From Chloroflexota bacterium (lineage in GTDB: Bacteria; Chloroflexota; Anaerolineae; SSC4; Amarolineaceae), in assembly GCA_036822415.1 (NCBI GenBank), contig DAISHS010000001.1:1-58963 (forward strand): a stretch of 58,963 bases of DNA. The letters are read 5' to 3'. The notes beneath the pieces were generated by a model. That model saw nothing but the letters and a program-made list of their open reading frames with translations. It searched no databases and was not told the origin of the DNA. Shown in pieces: positions 9,565 to 18,468 of the stretch; positions within the stretch are counted from its first letter, which is position 1, and the number at the start of each line of letters is the position of its first letter. The position numbers and the translations under genes were made by a program.

Positions 9565-10635
9565 ATGACCCACCATGCTAAGATGCGGGCCATCATCAAG
9601 CCCGAACGATCTCCTGGTTTGGAAATGGCCCTGGTTGATATTCCCCGCCTTGGCCCCCACGACGCCCTCATCAAAGTCAAAGCGACATCTATCTGCGGCA
9701 CTGATTTACACATCTTCAAGTGGGACCCCTGGGCGCGCGCACATCTCAACCCGCCGATTGTGGTGGGGCATGAGTTTTGCGGCGAAGTGGTAGAGGTGGG
9801 CAGCGAAGTAACTCAGGTCAACGTGGGTGACTTCGTTTCTGCCGAAAGCCACATCACCTGCCAGACCTGCGCGCAGTGTCGCACCGGCAACGGCCATATC
9901 TGCAAGAACACCAAGATCATCGGCGTGGGGCGCGATGGCTGTTGGGCCGAATATATTGCCATGCCAGAGTTCAATCTTTGGCTGAATCCGCCCGACATGC
10001 CGATCGAAATTGCCAGCCTGCAAGAGAATTTTGGCAATGCCGTCCACACCGCCTTTGCCACCGATGTCACCGCGCGCAAGGTGCTTGTCTCTGGCTGCGG
10101 CCCCGTGGGGCTGATGACCATTGCCGTGTGCAAGGCGGCCGGCGCGCGCCAGATCTTTGCCACCGATATTTCACCCTATCGCTTGCGCCTGGCGCTGCGC
10201 ATGGGCGCGCACTTTGCCTACAATGTCAGCGAGACTGACCCGGTAGGCGAAATCATGACCTTGACCGATGGCGAGGGCGTGGATGTTTTGTTGGAGATGT
10301 CGGGCGCCGGCTCTGCGCTCGATCAAGGCTTCAAGGCGTTACGTGATGGCGGGGAAGCGGCTTTGCTTGGCCTGGCGCCGGCGGCCATCGGTTTTGACCT
10401 CAACAATCATATCATTTTCAAAGGGGCGACGGTTTACGGCATTGTGGGACGTCGCTTATGGCAAACCTGGTATCAAATGCGGGGGTTGTTGCGATCGGGG
10501 GCGGTGGACCTGACGCCGATCATCACGCATCGTTTTGCCCTGGACGATTACCAGGATGCGTTGGCTGTCATGCAGAGCGGGCAGAGCGGCAAGGTGATTA
10601 TGTTCCCAGAGGGCATGGCAAAGCAGAAGGAGTGA
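9565..10635 (+). CDS. tdh: L-threonine 3-dehydrogenase
   Basis: ICGTDLHIFKWD, GHEFCG, SAESHITC..C..C Zn ligands, GCGPVG; adjacent to kbl. Confidence 0.95.
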   Translation: MTHHAKMRAIIKPERSPGLEMALVDIPRLGPHDALIKVKATSICGTDLHIFKWDPWARAHLNPPIVVGHEFCGEVVEVGSEVTQVNVGDFVSAESHITCQTCAQCRTGNGHICKNTKIIGVGRDGCWAEYIAMPEFNLWLNPPDMPIEIASLQENFGNAVHTAFATDVTARKVLVSGCGPVGLMTIAVCKAAGARQIFATDISPYRLRLALRMGAHFAYNVSETDPVGEIMTLTDGEGVDVLLEMSGAGSALDQGFKALRDGGEAALLGLAPAAIGFDLNNHIIFKGATVYGIVGRRLWQTWYQMRGLLRSGAVDLTPIITHRFALDDYQDALAVMQSGQSGKVIMFPEGMAKQKE

Positions 10636-10639
10636 GATC

Positions 10640-11821
10640 ATGGCAGATCCATTGGCTTGGATTACGGAAGACATTGCGAACCTCAAACAGCAGGGGTTAT
10701 TCATCAACCTGCGCACGATCGGCTCGGCCGTGGGGCCGTGGATGACCGTGGATGGCAAACGCGTGCTGAATATGTGCACCAACGACTACCTGGGGCTGGC
10801 TAACCATGCAGCCTTGCGGCAGGCGGCGCAGGCAGCCGCCGCACAGTGGGGCGTCGGCCCGGCGGCCGTGCGCTCCATCGCCGGCACCACCGAGCTGCAC
10901 GTGCAGCTGGAAAAACGCCTGGCCCAGTTCAAAGGCGTGGAAGATGCCCTCTACGTGCAGTCTGGCTTTTGCGCCAATCAAGCGGTCATCGCGCCGCTGG
11001 TGGGCAAGGAAGATGTCATTTTCTCCGACCGCCTCAATCACGCCTCCATTATTGATGGCTGCCGACTGTCCAGCGCCAAGATCGTGCCCTATGAGCATGG
11101 CAATGTCGCGGATGCCGAGCGCGTGATCCAGGAGAACCTGCCCCATTTCCGTCGCGGGCTGCTGATCAGCGATGGCGTTTTTTCGATGGATGGGGACATT
11201 GCTCCGCTCGATCAGCTCTATGCGCTGGCCGCACGCTACGGCGTGATGACGATGGTGGACGATGCGCATGGCGAAGGGGTGCTTGGGCGCGGTGGGCGCG
11301 GCATCGTGGATCATTTTGGCCTGCATGGCAAAATTGATGTCGAAGTGGGAACTTTATCGAAGGCTTTCGGCGTTGTAGGTGGTGTGATTGCCGGCAAGAA
11401 GACGATCGTTGATTATGTGCGCCAGAAGGCGCGGCCTTTCCTTTTTTCCAGCGCGGTCACTCCAGCCGATACGGCCGCCTGCCTGGCCGCCGTTGATCTC
11501 CTGGAGCAATCCACCGATTTGGTGGATCGCCTGTGGAGCAATGCGCGCTTCTTCAAGGCGGAAATGCAGCGTTTGGGCTTCGACACCGGGCGCAGCCAAA
11601 CGCCGATCACCCCCATCATGCTGGGCGAAGCGCCCCTGGCGCAGCAGTTCAGCCGCACGCTCTTCGAGGAAGGCCTGTTTGCCATGGCGATCGGCTTCCC
11701 CACGGTGGCGCGTGGTCAGGCGCGCATTCGCGTCATGCTCAGCGCCAGCCACAGCGAGGCCGATTTGACGCAGGCGCTCGATATTTTTGGGAACGTTGGC
11801 AAGCGGCTCGGCGTCATTTGA
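10640..11821 (+). CDS. kbl: Glycine C-acetyltransferase (2-amino-3-ketobutyrate CoA ligase)
   Basis: NDYLGLA, SDRLNHASIIDG, DGVFSMDGD, DDAHGEG, GTLSKAFG (PLP lysine). Confidence 0.92.
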   Translation: MADPLAWITEDIANLKQQGLFINLRTIGSAVGPWMTVDGKRVLNMCTNDYLGLANHAALRQAAQAAAAQWGVGPAAVRSIAGTTELHVQLEKRLAQFKGVEDALYVQSGFCANQAVIAPLVGKEDVIFSDRLNHASIIDGCRLSSAKIVPYEHGNVADAERVIQENLPHFRRGLLISDGVFSMDGDIAPLDQLYALAARYGVMTMVDDAHGEGVLGRGGRGIVDHFGLHGKIDVEVGTLSKAFGVVGGVIAGKKTIVDYVRQKARPFLFSSAVTPADTAACLAAVDLLEQSTDLVDRLWSNARFFKAEMQRLGFDTGRSQTPITPIMLGEAPLAQQFSRTLFEEGLFAMAIGFPTVARGQARIRVMLSASHSEADLTQALDIFGNVGKRLGVI

Positions 11822-11837
11822 CCGGGATGAAAGTGAC

Positions 11838-11866
11838 TTGACGCTGACTGCAAGCCGTGGTAAGCT
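11838..11866 (+). promoter_or_regulatory. Sigma70-type promoter of the LysM gene
   Basis: TTGACG-17 nt-TAAGCT with TG extension. Confidence 0.55.
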
Positions 11867-11988
11867 CCGTTACGTACACCTGGCGCGCAGTTACCAGACG
11901 CTGCCAGGGCAGCCTTGCCCCGCACCAACGACGCAACCGGGGCGCATCTTCACGCCGCACTACCTTATGGAGGTCAGAAAGACAGATC

Positions 11989-12798
11989 ATGCATGCACAG
12001 CGACTTCGTTTGACGTTATTCACCGCGATCCTCTTGTTGTTCTCGGCGCTTGCCATGTTCGGTTGTACGCGCGACCGGCCTGTGGCAAACCAGCAAGCCA
12101 CCTGGACGCAGACGCCAGCCACCGGTAAACAGTCTCTAACCCTAAGCCCCAACACCACCCCCATGACCGGAACGGTTGGCGTGCAAGGCGATGCGCTCGG
12201 CGGCACCCCAGGCGCCGCGGGCGGCGGTGTGGTAGCGCCTCCGATCGCCCAGCAGCCGCCGGCCATTGCCACGATCCCTGCCCCCAACGACACCTGGTCC
12301 TATGTGGTCAAGGACGGCGATACCCTGACCGACATCGCGCAGCGCTTTGGCGCCGACGTCAATGTCCTGGTCGCGCTCAACAATCTGAAAGATGCGGGCG
12401 ATATTCGCGCCGGTCAGGTCATCAAGATTCCGGGCAAGCAGCCGGCCGACATTGCCACCCAACCGTATGGCACGCATACCGTGCAGCGCGGCGAGACGCT
12501 TGGCTCCATTGCGGCGCGCTATGACACCACGGTTGCGGAATTGATGCGCATCAATGGCATTTCCAACCCGAATTTGATCCACCCAGGCCAGGTTATCAAA
12601 GTTCCCGGCAGCTCAGGTGACGGCAGCAGCAGCAGCGGCGGCAGCAGCGGCGGTGATCGCATTTACATTGTGCGCCGCGGCGACACCCTGTCGCAGATTG
12701 CCGCGCGCTATGGCGTGACCGCGGCCGCCATTGCCCAGGCCAACGGCATCAAGGATGCCAGCAAGATTTACGAAGGGCAGCGGCTGGTCATTCCGTAA
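11989..12798 (+). CDS. Putative lipoprotein with three LysM domains
   Basis: Signal peptide ending FGC; three LysM repeats (YVVKDGDTL, HTVQRGETL, YIVRRGDTL); GGAGG upstream. Confidence 0.9.
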   Translation: MHAQRLRLTLFTAILLLFSALAMFGCTRDRPVANQQATWTQTPATGKQSLTLSPNTTPMTGTVGVQGDALGGTPGAAGGGVVAPPIAQQPPAIATIPAPNDTWSYVVKDGDTLTDIAQRFGADVNVLVALNNLKDAGDIRAGQVIKIPGKQPADIATQPYGTHTVQRGETLGSIAARYDTTVAELMRINGISNPNLIHPGQVIKVPGSSGDGSSSSGGSSGGDRIYIVRRGDTLSQIAARYGVTAAAIAQANGIKDASKIYEGQRLVIP

Positions 12799-13020
12799 GC
12801 TGTGGCCTAGCCGAACTTCTGCGCTGAGGCAGCGGCGTAAACCATTTATCGTTTGTTGTCTGGAGCTAAAGTTAAGCGAGACAATCGTCAATGACCACCA
12901 CATCCCCCTGTGGTGGTCGGGCGCAACCGGGGCCGGGCCGGAAGAAGGCTGTTAGCTTCTCAGCCACGGCGCCATGGCCCGTTGCTCCGGGATGCGCGCA
13001 CGACAGAATCGAGGGAACCT

Positions 13021-14112
13021 ATGATTCGCGATACTGAACTGCAAGAATTGGTCGAGATGATGGGGAAGAAGGGGCCGGTCTTGAGCCTTTATCTCAACGT
13101 GGACCCGCGCCGCCGCACGCTTGAGAAGTATAAGTTGGCTTTGCGCCGCTTACTTTCTTCTGTGGAAGATCAGGCCAGTCCGGCCGATGCCCAGCGCATC
13201 ACCAGGTATATTGACTTCGAGTATAACTGGCAAGGCCGTGGGGTGGCATGTTTTAGTTGCCAGGCTGATGGTTTCTGGCGGGCCTATCCACTCTTTGTAC
13301 CAATTGAGGACAGCGTATTCGTAAACCCTCGCCCGTACATCAAACCCCTGAGTAATCTCCTGGACAATTATGCCCGGCATGGCGTGGCCGTCGTAGACCG
13401 TGAGGGCGTGCGGCTGTTCATGTTCTACATGGGCAAACTGGAAGAAGCCAGCGGCATGTTGGGCGAGGATGTCAAGCACCATCGCGCCGGTGGTCGTTCG
13501 GCGGCGCGCATTCAGCGCGCAGCCGAGGAGACCGTCGAACGCAATGTCAAGGATGCTGTCGAGGAGGCGATTCGTTTCTTCGAGAATGACTGCAAACGCA
13601 TCATCGTGGCCGGCACCGACGACAATATCTCCCTGTTTCGCAGCCAACTCCCGAAAGTTTGGCAGGAGCGCGTTGTTGGCACCTTCAATGTGGATGCGAA
13701 TGCCAGCGCCGCCGAAATTGGCGAGTTGGCGCTGATTGTGGCCCAACAGGTGGCCGTGGCCCGCGAGCGCGCGCTTGTCGAGCAGATTGTGACTACCGCC
13801 AGCAAGGGCGGCCCGGCCGTCATGGGCCTGGTTGACACCGTGGTCGCGCTGCAGGATGGCCGCGTCATGCAGCTGGTCATGACCGAAGGTTATGAGGCGC
13901 CTGCCCACCGCTGCCAGAATTGCGGTTACATCTCCGTGGCCACCGCCACCACCTGTAACTTCTGTGGCGGCGCGATGCAGCCAGTGCCCGATGTGGTCAA
14001 CACCCTGGTGCGCCGCACGCTGGAGGCTGGCAACAGCGTGGTCGTAATCAACGCAGACGACTCGCCCAATCTGCAGGTCATGGGCAATATCGGGGCCTTG
14101 TTGCGTTACTAA
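13021..14112 (+). CDS. Bacterial archaeo-eukaryotic release factor homolog (eRF1-like, baeRF10-type) with zinc ribbon
   Basis: VLSLYLNVD, KHHRAGGRSAARIQR loop, CQNC...CNFC, terminal GNIGALLRY. Confidence 0.8.
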   Translation: MIRDTELQELVEMMGKKGPVLSLYLNVDPRRRTLEKYKLALRRLLSSVEDQASPADAQRITRYIDFEYNWQGRGVACFSCQADGFWRAYPLFVPIEDSVFVNPRPYIKPLSNLLDNYARHGVAVVDREGVRLFMFYMGKLEEASGMLGEDVKHHRAGGRSAARIQRAAEETVERNVKDAVEEAIRFFENDCKRIIVAGTDDNISLFRSQLPKVWQERVVGTFNVDANASAAEIGELALIVAQQVAVARERALVEQIVTTASKGGPAVMGLVDTVVALQDGRVMQLVMTEGYEAPAHRCQNCGYISVATATTCNFCGGAMQPVPDVVNTLVRRTLEAGNSVVVINADDSPNLQVMGNIGALLRY

Positions 14113-14156
14113 CTGAGCCGCAAGTTGATGCCGCTCACCGGTCCGACTGACCGATC

Positions 14157-14217
14157 AGCAGAGGCGCAAAGAACGGGTGCTGAATTCAGCTCGGCCTTCT
14201 TTGCGCCTCTGTTGCTT
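14157..14217 (+). terminator. Terminator-like hairpin
   Basis: CAGAGGCGCAAAGAA / TTCTTTGCGCCTCTG inverted repeat. Confidence 0.6.
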
Positions 14218-14381
14218 AACGCCTCGCGTTAGCGTTTCGTTAGAGATTGATTTGATAGGAACGAATTCTACACAGAAGAACTGCCCCCGGCGCGATAGTG
14301 CCCGCCAGTGGGGTATGTGTTTTATCGGGCGGAAAAGGCCGATTTCAATCGGAATGGAAAGAGGGTTGTGATTTAAGACTT

Positions 14382-16883
14382 ATGATGCGATTTGATCGTT
14401 TTACAGACCGCGCGCAGGATGCAGCCATGCGCGCCTATGAAATTTTACAGCGTTATCAACATACACAGGTTGACACCGAACACCTGTTTTTAGCGTTGCT
14501 CGAACAGGCCAACGGCATCGTCCCTCAGATTTTGGATCGTTTGGCGGTGCCGGTCAACGTGGTCTCCGGCAAGTTGGACGAGGTGTTGCAAACGGCGCCC
14601 AAGCTGACGAATACGCCCTACGGCGGCGCGGTTTCCCAGGTCTTCATCACCCCGCGCCTGAAACGCGTGATTGACGCCGCCAATGAAGAGGCCAGCCGTA
14701 TGAAGGATGAGTTCGTCTCGACGGAACATCTTTTCCTGGCTATTTCGGCCGAACGCAACACGCCGACGGCCCGTATTCTGAAAGAGCACGGCGTTACCAG
14801 GGAACGGATCAGCCAGGCGGTCGAACAACTGCGCGGCGGCCAGCGCATCACCAGCCAGGCCACCGATAGCCAGTATCGCACGTTGGAAAAATTTAGCCGT
14901 GACCTGACCCAACTGGCGGCCGATGGTAAACTTGACCCGGTGATTGGGCGGGATGCGGAAATTTTGCGCGTCATTCAGGTGCTCAGCCGCCGCACCAAGA
15001 ACAACCCGGTCCTCATTGGCGAGGCCGGCGTGGGCAAGACGGCCATTGTCGAAGGGCTGGCGCAGAAGATTGCATCTGATGAAGTGCCGGAAATCTTGAT
15101 GAATAAGCGCGTCTTGTCGCTTGACCTGGGCGCCATGGTGGCCGGCACCCGCTTCCGCGGCGAGTTCGAAGAGCGCCTGAAGGCGACGATCGAAGAAGTG
15201 CAGCGCGCCGAGGGTGAGATCATTCTCTTCATTGATGAAATTCACACCGTGGTTGGCGCGGGCGCGGCGTCAGGCGCGATGGATGCCAGTAACATGATGA
15301 AGCCGGCCCTGGCCCGCGGTGAACTGCGCTGCGTCGGCGCGACAACGCCCGATGAGTACCGCCAGTACATCGAAAAGGACAGCGCCCTGGAACGTCGTTT
15401 CTCGCCGATTTGGGTGGAAGAGCCGAGCGTTGAAGATACGATTGGCATCTTGCGCGGCGTGCGCGATCGCTACGAGGCGCACCACAAGGTTTCGATTGAT
15501 GACAAGGCCCTGGTTGCCGCGGCGCGCCTGTCGCATCGTTATGTGGCGGATCGCAAGCTGCCTGACAAGGCCATTGATTTGATGGACGAGGCCGCGGCCA
15601 AACTGCGCGTGGCGCTTTACACCATGCCGGACGATCTCAAAGATAAGAAGGGGCGTCTGCAGAAGCTGACGGCCGAGGAAGAGGCGGCCTGGGCCTCACG
15701 GGATTACGAGCGCGCGGCCACCTTCAAGGCCGAACGCTTGAAGCTCGAACAGGAATTTTCGGTCGAACGCACAACCTGGCGCGCCGAAACAGGCCTGGAT
15801 GAAGTGGTCAGCGAAGAAGACATCGCGCAGGTGGTTGCCAGCTGGACAGGCATTCCCCTCACGCAAATGCTGGAAACCGAGGCTGAGAAATTACTGCGCA
15901 TGGAAGAAGTGCTGCACGAGCGCATCATTGGCCAGGACGAGGCCATCAATGCCATTGCCGATGCCATTCGGCGCGCGCGCAGCGGCCTCAAGGACCCGCG
16001 CCGCCCCATCGGCTCCTTCATCTTCCTGGGCACCAGCGGTGTGGGCAAGACCGAGCTGGCCAAGGCGTTGGCCGCCTTCATGTTCGATGATGAAGATGCG
16101 TTGCTGCGCATTGACATGAGCGAGTACCGCGAAGCGCACACCGTCAGCCGCTTGCTCGGCGCCCCCCCTGGTTATGTGGGCTATGATGAGGGCGGGCAGC
16201 TGACCGAGGCTGTGCGCCGGCGGCCATATCGGGTTATCCTGTTCGATGAGATCGAAAAGGCGCACCCTGAGGTTTGGAACGCCCTGCTGCAAATCCTGGA
16301 GGATGGGCGTTTGACCGACGGCCAGGGGCGCACGGTGGACTTCCGCAATACGGTCATCATCATGACCTCGAATATCGGCACGGCGTATGCGAAGAAGGGC
16401 GGCGCCTTGGGCTTCATCCGGCCAGACAGCAGCGCGTCTGAAACGCGCGAGCTGCACGAGCAGATCGAGCGCGGGCTGAAGCAGACCTTCCGGCCCGAAT
16501 TTCTCAATCGCATTGACGAGGTAATCATCTTCGAGCCGTTGAAGCTGGAGCACGTCATCAAGATTGTGGACATCCAGGTCAAGGACATTGCGTCACGCCT
16601 GGTCGAACAGGGCCTGACCATTGACCTGAGCATGGCGGCGCGGCGCTGGCTGGCCGAGAAGGGCTTCGACGAGCAGTTCGGGGCGCGGCCGCTGCGGCGA
16701 GCTTTACAACGTTACGTCGAAAGCCCCTTGAGCAAAAGCCTGTTGAAGGGCGAGTTCAAGGCCGGCGACGTCGTTTACGTGGATGTGAATGTGGCCGGAG
16801 GCGACGAGCTTGTTTTCACCAAGCAGCCCGATCAGCCGATTGCGGTGGATCTCGCGCACTTCGCCGCCGCGCCGAACGCCTGA
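14382..16883 (+). CDS. clpC: ClpC-type Hsp100 AAA+ ATPase
   Basis: Clp N-repeats; GEAGVGKT and GTSGVGKT Walker A motifs; KNNPVLIG; short UVR-like middle domain; LGF loop; GARPLRR. Confidence 0.85.
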   Translation: MMRFDRFTDRAQDAAMRAYEILQRYQHTQVDTEHLFLALLEQANGIVPQILDRLAVPVNVVSGKLDEVLQTAPKLTNTPYGGAVSQVFITPRLKRVIDAANEEASRMKDEFVSTEHLFLAISAERNTPTARILKEHGVTRERISQAVEQLRGGQRITSQATDSQYRTLEKFSRDLTQLAADGKLDPVIGRDAEILRVIQVLSRRTKNNPVLIGEAGVGKTAIVEGLAQKIASDEVPEILMNKRVLSLDLGAMVAGTRFRGEFEERLKATIEEVQRAEGEIILFIDEIHTVVGAGAASGAMDASNMMKPALARGELRCVGATTPDEYRQYIEKDSALERRFSPIWVEEPSVEDTIGILRGVRDRYEAHHKVSIDDKALVAAARLSHRYVADRKLPDKAIDLMDEAAAKLRVALYTMPDDLKDKKGRLQKLTAEEEAAWASRDYERAATFKAERLKLEQEFSVERTTWRAETGLDEVVSEEDIAQVVASWTGIPLTQMLETEAEKLLRMEEVLHERIIGQDEAINAIADAIRRARSGLKDPRRPIGSFIFLGTSGVGKTELAKALAAFMFDDEDALLRIDMSEYREAHTVSRLLGAPPGYVGYDEGGQLTEAVRRRPYRVILFDEIEKAHPEVWNALLQILEDGRLTDGQGRTVDFRNTVIIMTSNIGTAYAKKGGALGFIRPDSSASETRELHEQIERGLKQTFRPEFLNRIDEVIIFEPLKLEHVIKIVDIQVKDIASRLVEQGLTIDLSMAARRWLAEKGFDEQFGARPLRRALQRYVESPLSKSLLKGEFKAGDVVYVDVNVAGGDELVFTKQPDQPIAVDLAHFAAAPNA

Positions 16884-16954
16884 GTCTGCACGACAAACGC
16901 ATGACGATGCCTCGCCAAAGCCTGGTTTGTTATGCGTTTGTTATGCCTGACCAA

Positions 16955-16983
16955 TTGACATCTACGCTCAGGGCGTGTATTCT
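16955..16983 (+). promoter_or_regulatory. Sigma70-type promoter with no downstream ORF
   Basis: TTGACA (16955-16960)-17 nt-TATTCT (16978-16983). Confidence 0.65.
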
Positions 16984-16988
16984 TACTT

Positions 16989-17054
16989 CGTAAACTCTTT
17001 CGGGAGTTTGCGGCTAGGGCAGAGGAGCGGGGGACTTCTGCCCTGGTTTTTTTT
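16989..17054 (+). ncRNA. Candidate ~65-nt small RNA (UUCG hairpin followed by an intrinsic terminator)
   Basis: CGTAAACTCT-TTCG-GGAGTTTGCG hairpin at the expected +1, then CTAGGGCAGAGG...CTTCTGCCCTGG followed by T8. Confidence 0.5.
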
Positions 17055-17134
17055 CTATAGATGTTCAGATAATGTTTCGTGGTAGGGGCGATCCCTTGCG
17101 GTCGCCCAGGGCAGGCGCAAGGCGCTGCCCCTAC
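17055..17134. repeat. 80-bp GTAG-REP/REPIN-like element, copy 1
   Basis: GTAGGGGCG...GCCCCTAC with internal palindromes; one mismatch to the copy at 37043-37122. Confidence 0.85.
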
Positions 17135-17146
17135 GATAGAAAAACC

Positions 17147-17189
17147 AACAGGCTGAGATCGTTTAGAACGCGATCTCAGCCTGTTTTTT
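17147..17189. terminator. Probable bidirectional terminator at the psuG 3' end
   Basis: 15-bp stem AACAGGCTGAGATCG / CGATCTCAGCCTGTT flanked by A and T tracts. Confidence 0.75.
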
Positions 17190-17192
17190 ATT

Positions 17193-18080
17193 CTATTCAG
17201 CCAGGGCCACGGCAATCTGCGCGGCCACCTGCGCATTGTTCTCCAGGAGAGCCAGATTTGCGCGCAGGCTTGCTTCACCGGTCAGCTCGCTGACGCGCGC
17301 CAGCAGGAACGGCGAGATCGCTTTGCCGCGAATCTCGCGCTGCTCGGCCTCGTGCAGCGCCTGCTGAATGGCCGGTTCGACCAAAGGCGCGGGCAATTCG
17401 GCCTCGAGCGGGATTGGCGCACAGACGAGAAGCCCGCTCTGCATCCCCAGTTGGCGCCTGGCCCGGATGAGGGCCGCCACCTCGGCCGCCGAATCGGCGC
17501 GTACATCTACCGGAAGGCCGCTTTGCCGGCTGTAGAAGGCAGGGAATTCGTCAGTGCCAAAACCAATCACCGTGACCCCGTGTGTTTCCAGCCATTCCAG
17601 CGTGGCCGGCAAATCCAGAATGGCCTTGACGCCCGCGCAGACGACAGTGACCGGAGTTTGCGCCAGCTCGGGTAAATCGGCCGAAATATCGAAGACGGTG
17701 CCCCGGTGAACGCCGCCAACGCCGCCCGTGGCGAACACCTCGATGCCGAAACGGTGCGCAATGAACATCGTGCTGGCAACGGTGGTCGCGCCGTCCGCTT
17801 TCTGCGCGACGACGATGGGTAAATCGCGCCGGCTGACCTTGCGAATGTTCGCTGCGGTTGCCAGGTAGTGCAGCTCCGGGTCGGTCAGCCCCGCGCGCAA
17901 CTCGCCGTGAAGAATCGCAACCGTGGCTGGCTCCGCGCCGGCCTCACGAACCCGCGCTTCCATGCGCCGCGCGAGTCTCAGGTTGTGAGGATAGGGCAAG
18001 CCATGCGCAATGACCGTGGACTCTAAGGCTACCCGTGGCAATGGGCTTACGATGGACTGGGCTTCAGACTCAGCTGACAT
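17193..18080 (-). CDS. psuG: Pseudouridine-5'-phosphate glycosidase
   Basis: VALESTVIAHGLPYP, KVSRRD, FATGGVGGVHRG, DISADL, GKAISPFLL. Confidence 0.95.
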   Translation of the reverse strand: MSAESEAQSIVSPLPRVALESTVIAHGLPYPHNLRLARRMEARVREAGAEPATVAILHGELRAGLTDPELHYLATAANIRKVSRRDLPIVVAQKADGATTVASTMFIAHRFGIEVFATGGVGGVHRGTVFDISADLPELAQTPVTVVCAGVKAILDLPATLEWLETHGVTVIGFGTDEFPAFYSRQSGLPVDVRADSAAEVAALIRARRQLGMQSGLLVCAPIPLEAELPAPLVEPAIQQALHEAEQREIRGKAISPFLLARVSELTGEASLRANLALLENNAQVAAQIAVALAE

Positions 18081-18202
18081 ACTAAAACTCCTTTGCTTGG
18101 TTTAACACCGCAAAAAGTGTAACACATTTTTACTGCTTGGGCAAAGGGCTGCGCGCTCACGGCCGCGTAGCCCATTTACAGTTATCTGTGCCTGTTTTTA
18201 TT

Positions 18203-18231
18203 TTGACATTTGGCGTTTCCGCCTTTACAAT
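18203..18231 (+). promoter_or_regulatory. Sigma70-type promoter of hppA (implies a ~230-nt leader)
   Basis: TTGACA-17 nt-TACAAT. Confidence 0.65.
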
Positions 18232-18468
18232 GATCGCGTGAGCGGCGAAGTGGCCTGTTTGAGGTTGCCCATTTGGGCATGCGTTCCCCATGGGGTTTCC
18301 ATTCTTCGGTTGTGTATCTCGTTCTTTTGGGCCTCTTCGGTGCACCGTTTGATGATGCAGGAAGGGGCTTTTCTTATTTTCTCGACCTGTCACACCCACC
18401 TGCCGCACGATCCGTTTTTCTCTACCTCTCATTTTGCGTGAAATCACTGTAAGGAGGAAGCAAAGAGC

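Noticed and set aside
12620..12655. GCA/GGC microsatellite
   Set aside because: Encodes the Gly/Ser linker between LysM domains
14220..14381. CIRCE or CtsR operator before clpC
   Set aside because: No TTAGCACTC-N9-GAGTGCTAA or GTCAAA direct repeat; TTAGCACT at 37141 is only a half-site elsewhere
17059..17081. Similarity of the REP flank (AGATGTTC, AATGTTTCGTG) to the LexA-boxed promoter
   Set aside because: The GAAC left half-sites are absent; the short matches are probably chance
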